Notes under the pieces: generated by a model
Database searches by the model: none
What the model saw: only the letters and a program-made list of their open reading frames with translations
Told to the model about the DNA's origin: nothing
In this document: one piece after another, positions 63,220 to 64,000 of the stretch
How positions within the stretch are numbered: position 1 is the first letter of the stretch
How the letters are laid out: each line of letters starts with the position of its first letter
Assembly (NCBI GenBank): GCA_039030395.1
Contig: JBCCEF010000001.1
Span: forward strand, 417,315 to 481,314
DNA from: Acidobacteriota bacterium
GTDB lineage: Bacteria; Acidobacteriota; Thermoanaerobaculia; Multivoradales; JBCCEF01
Length of the DNA: 64,000 bases
Reading direction: 5' to 3'
Made by a program: the position numbers and the translations under genes

Positions 63220-63693
63220 TTACGGTTCCGGCACCCACTCCATCAGGTAGTAGACGCCCTGCTCCTCAATCATGCGAAAGCCGAGGCGTTTGTACAGGGT
63301 CATCGCCGGGTTATTCTGTTCGACGTGAATGCGGACGAGCAGGCCGGCCTCGCCGGCCTCCGCCAGCAGCTCCTTCACCAACCGGCCGCCGATGCCGCCG
63401 CGCCGATGCTCCGGCAGAAGAGCGATATCGATCAGGCGAATCTCGTCCTCGCGCCGATCCACGTACAGCCGGCCGACCGGCTCGCCATCGGCCTCGATCA
63501 CATCGAAGGCGGCATCCGCAAAGTGCTCTTGGTAGTAGGTGTGCTGGGCGTGGAACTGCATATCGAGAAAGGCCTGCTTCTCTCCATCACTCCAGGGCAC
63601 CTGAGCCAACTCCTCTACCCGCGTGCCGGCATAGACCCGCCGCATGAACGGTAGGTCCGCCTCGGTCATCGGTCGCAATGTGATCTCGGACAT
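63220..63693 (-). CDS. GNAT N-acetyltransferase
   Basis: FLDMQFHAQ..YY, VGRLYVD, IDIALLPEHRRGGIG, NPAMTLYKRLGF. Confidence 0.9.
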   Translation of the reverse strand: MSEITLRPMTEADLPFMRRVYAGTRVEELAQVPWSDGEKQAFLDMQFHAQHTYYQEHFADAAFDVIEADGEPVGRLYVDRREDEIRLIDIALLPEHRRGGIGGRLVKELLAEAGEAGLLVRIHVEQNNPAMTLYKRLGFRMIEEQGVYYLMEWVPEP

Positions 63694-63715
63694 CGGATGG
63701 AAATTCTAGCGAGAG

Positions 63716-63744
63716 ATCTTGGGAGGTACAGGACCTCCCAAGAT
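63716..63744. terminator. Perfect 12-bp hairpin downstream of the last minus-strand ORF
   Basis: ATCTTGGGAGGT-ACAGG-ACCTCCCAAGAT. Confidence 0.5.
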
Positions 63745-63752
63745 TCAGCCCA

Positions 63753-64000
63753 TCAGTCCCAGGGCTCGACCTTGACGTTGGTCTCTTCGCTGACGTTGAA
63801 GACCCGAATCACCTTGGGCACATGTTCCATCTGGTGCTCCGTCGTACCGGAAGCGATCACATAGGTGCGGCTGCCGTCACGATACGGCGGCTTCTGCACC
63901 AGCAGGCGCCACTCGTCGGGCCGGTCGGCCTGCGGCACGATCATGGCGGTCCAACCGCTGTCCGGAAAACTCATCGTAGCGATGACGTACAGCACACCAT
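63753..64000 (-). CDS. Hypothetical protein, 5' end truncated by the window edge
   Basis: Open frame running off the window end; no motif recognised. Confidence 0.45.
   Translation of the reverse strand, partial: GVLYVIATMSFPDSGWTAMIVPQADRPDEWRLLVQKPPYRDGSRTYVIASGTTEHQMEHVPKVIRVFNVSEETNVKVEPWD

Overview
High-GC chromosomal window, most consistent with an Acidobacteriota/Thermoanaerobaculia-like bacterium (inferred from gene content only). It is densely coding, with about 55 CDSs. Recognisable genes include an ECF sigma/TPR Ser-Thr kinase pair, a second ECF with anti-sigma and thioredoxin, a heme peroxidase-family gene, uup, tyrA, thiC with a TPP riboswitch, an S9 peptidase, dnaE2, a LysM amidase, a CCA-type nucleotidyltransferase, mqnD, a TetR-MFP-RND efflux operon, a cytokinin-dehydrogenase-like oxidase, a FadL-type porin, a fused aconitase-family enzyme, a DEAD/DEAH helicase, a Glu/Leu/Phe/Val dehydrogenase, a NACHT NTPase and an Fpg/Nei glycosylase. 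I recognised no tRNA, rRNA, CRISPR array or transposase. Most interesting signals: (1) a tandem array of four secreted paralogues (60114-62102), each with signal peptide, scaffold, an invariant AIGGGTTTC junction and a variable 10-Cys core, where two copies share a 57/58-nt junction; (2) three dispersed copies of an unannotated structured repeat (near 6.9, 30.0 and 44.4 kb) with conserved linkers, sequence-variable hairpins and CTAG ends that coincide with gene 3' ends; (3) an RND permease fused to a TolC-like domain through an internal signal-peptide-like segment; (4) a peroxidase with Tyr at the proximal-His position; (5) an orphan, apparently leaderless dnaE2 with a TTAC-N7-TTAC repeat over its promoter. 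All family assignments come from motif recognition by eye; no database searches were run.
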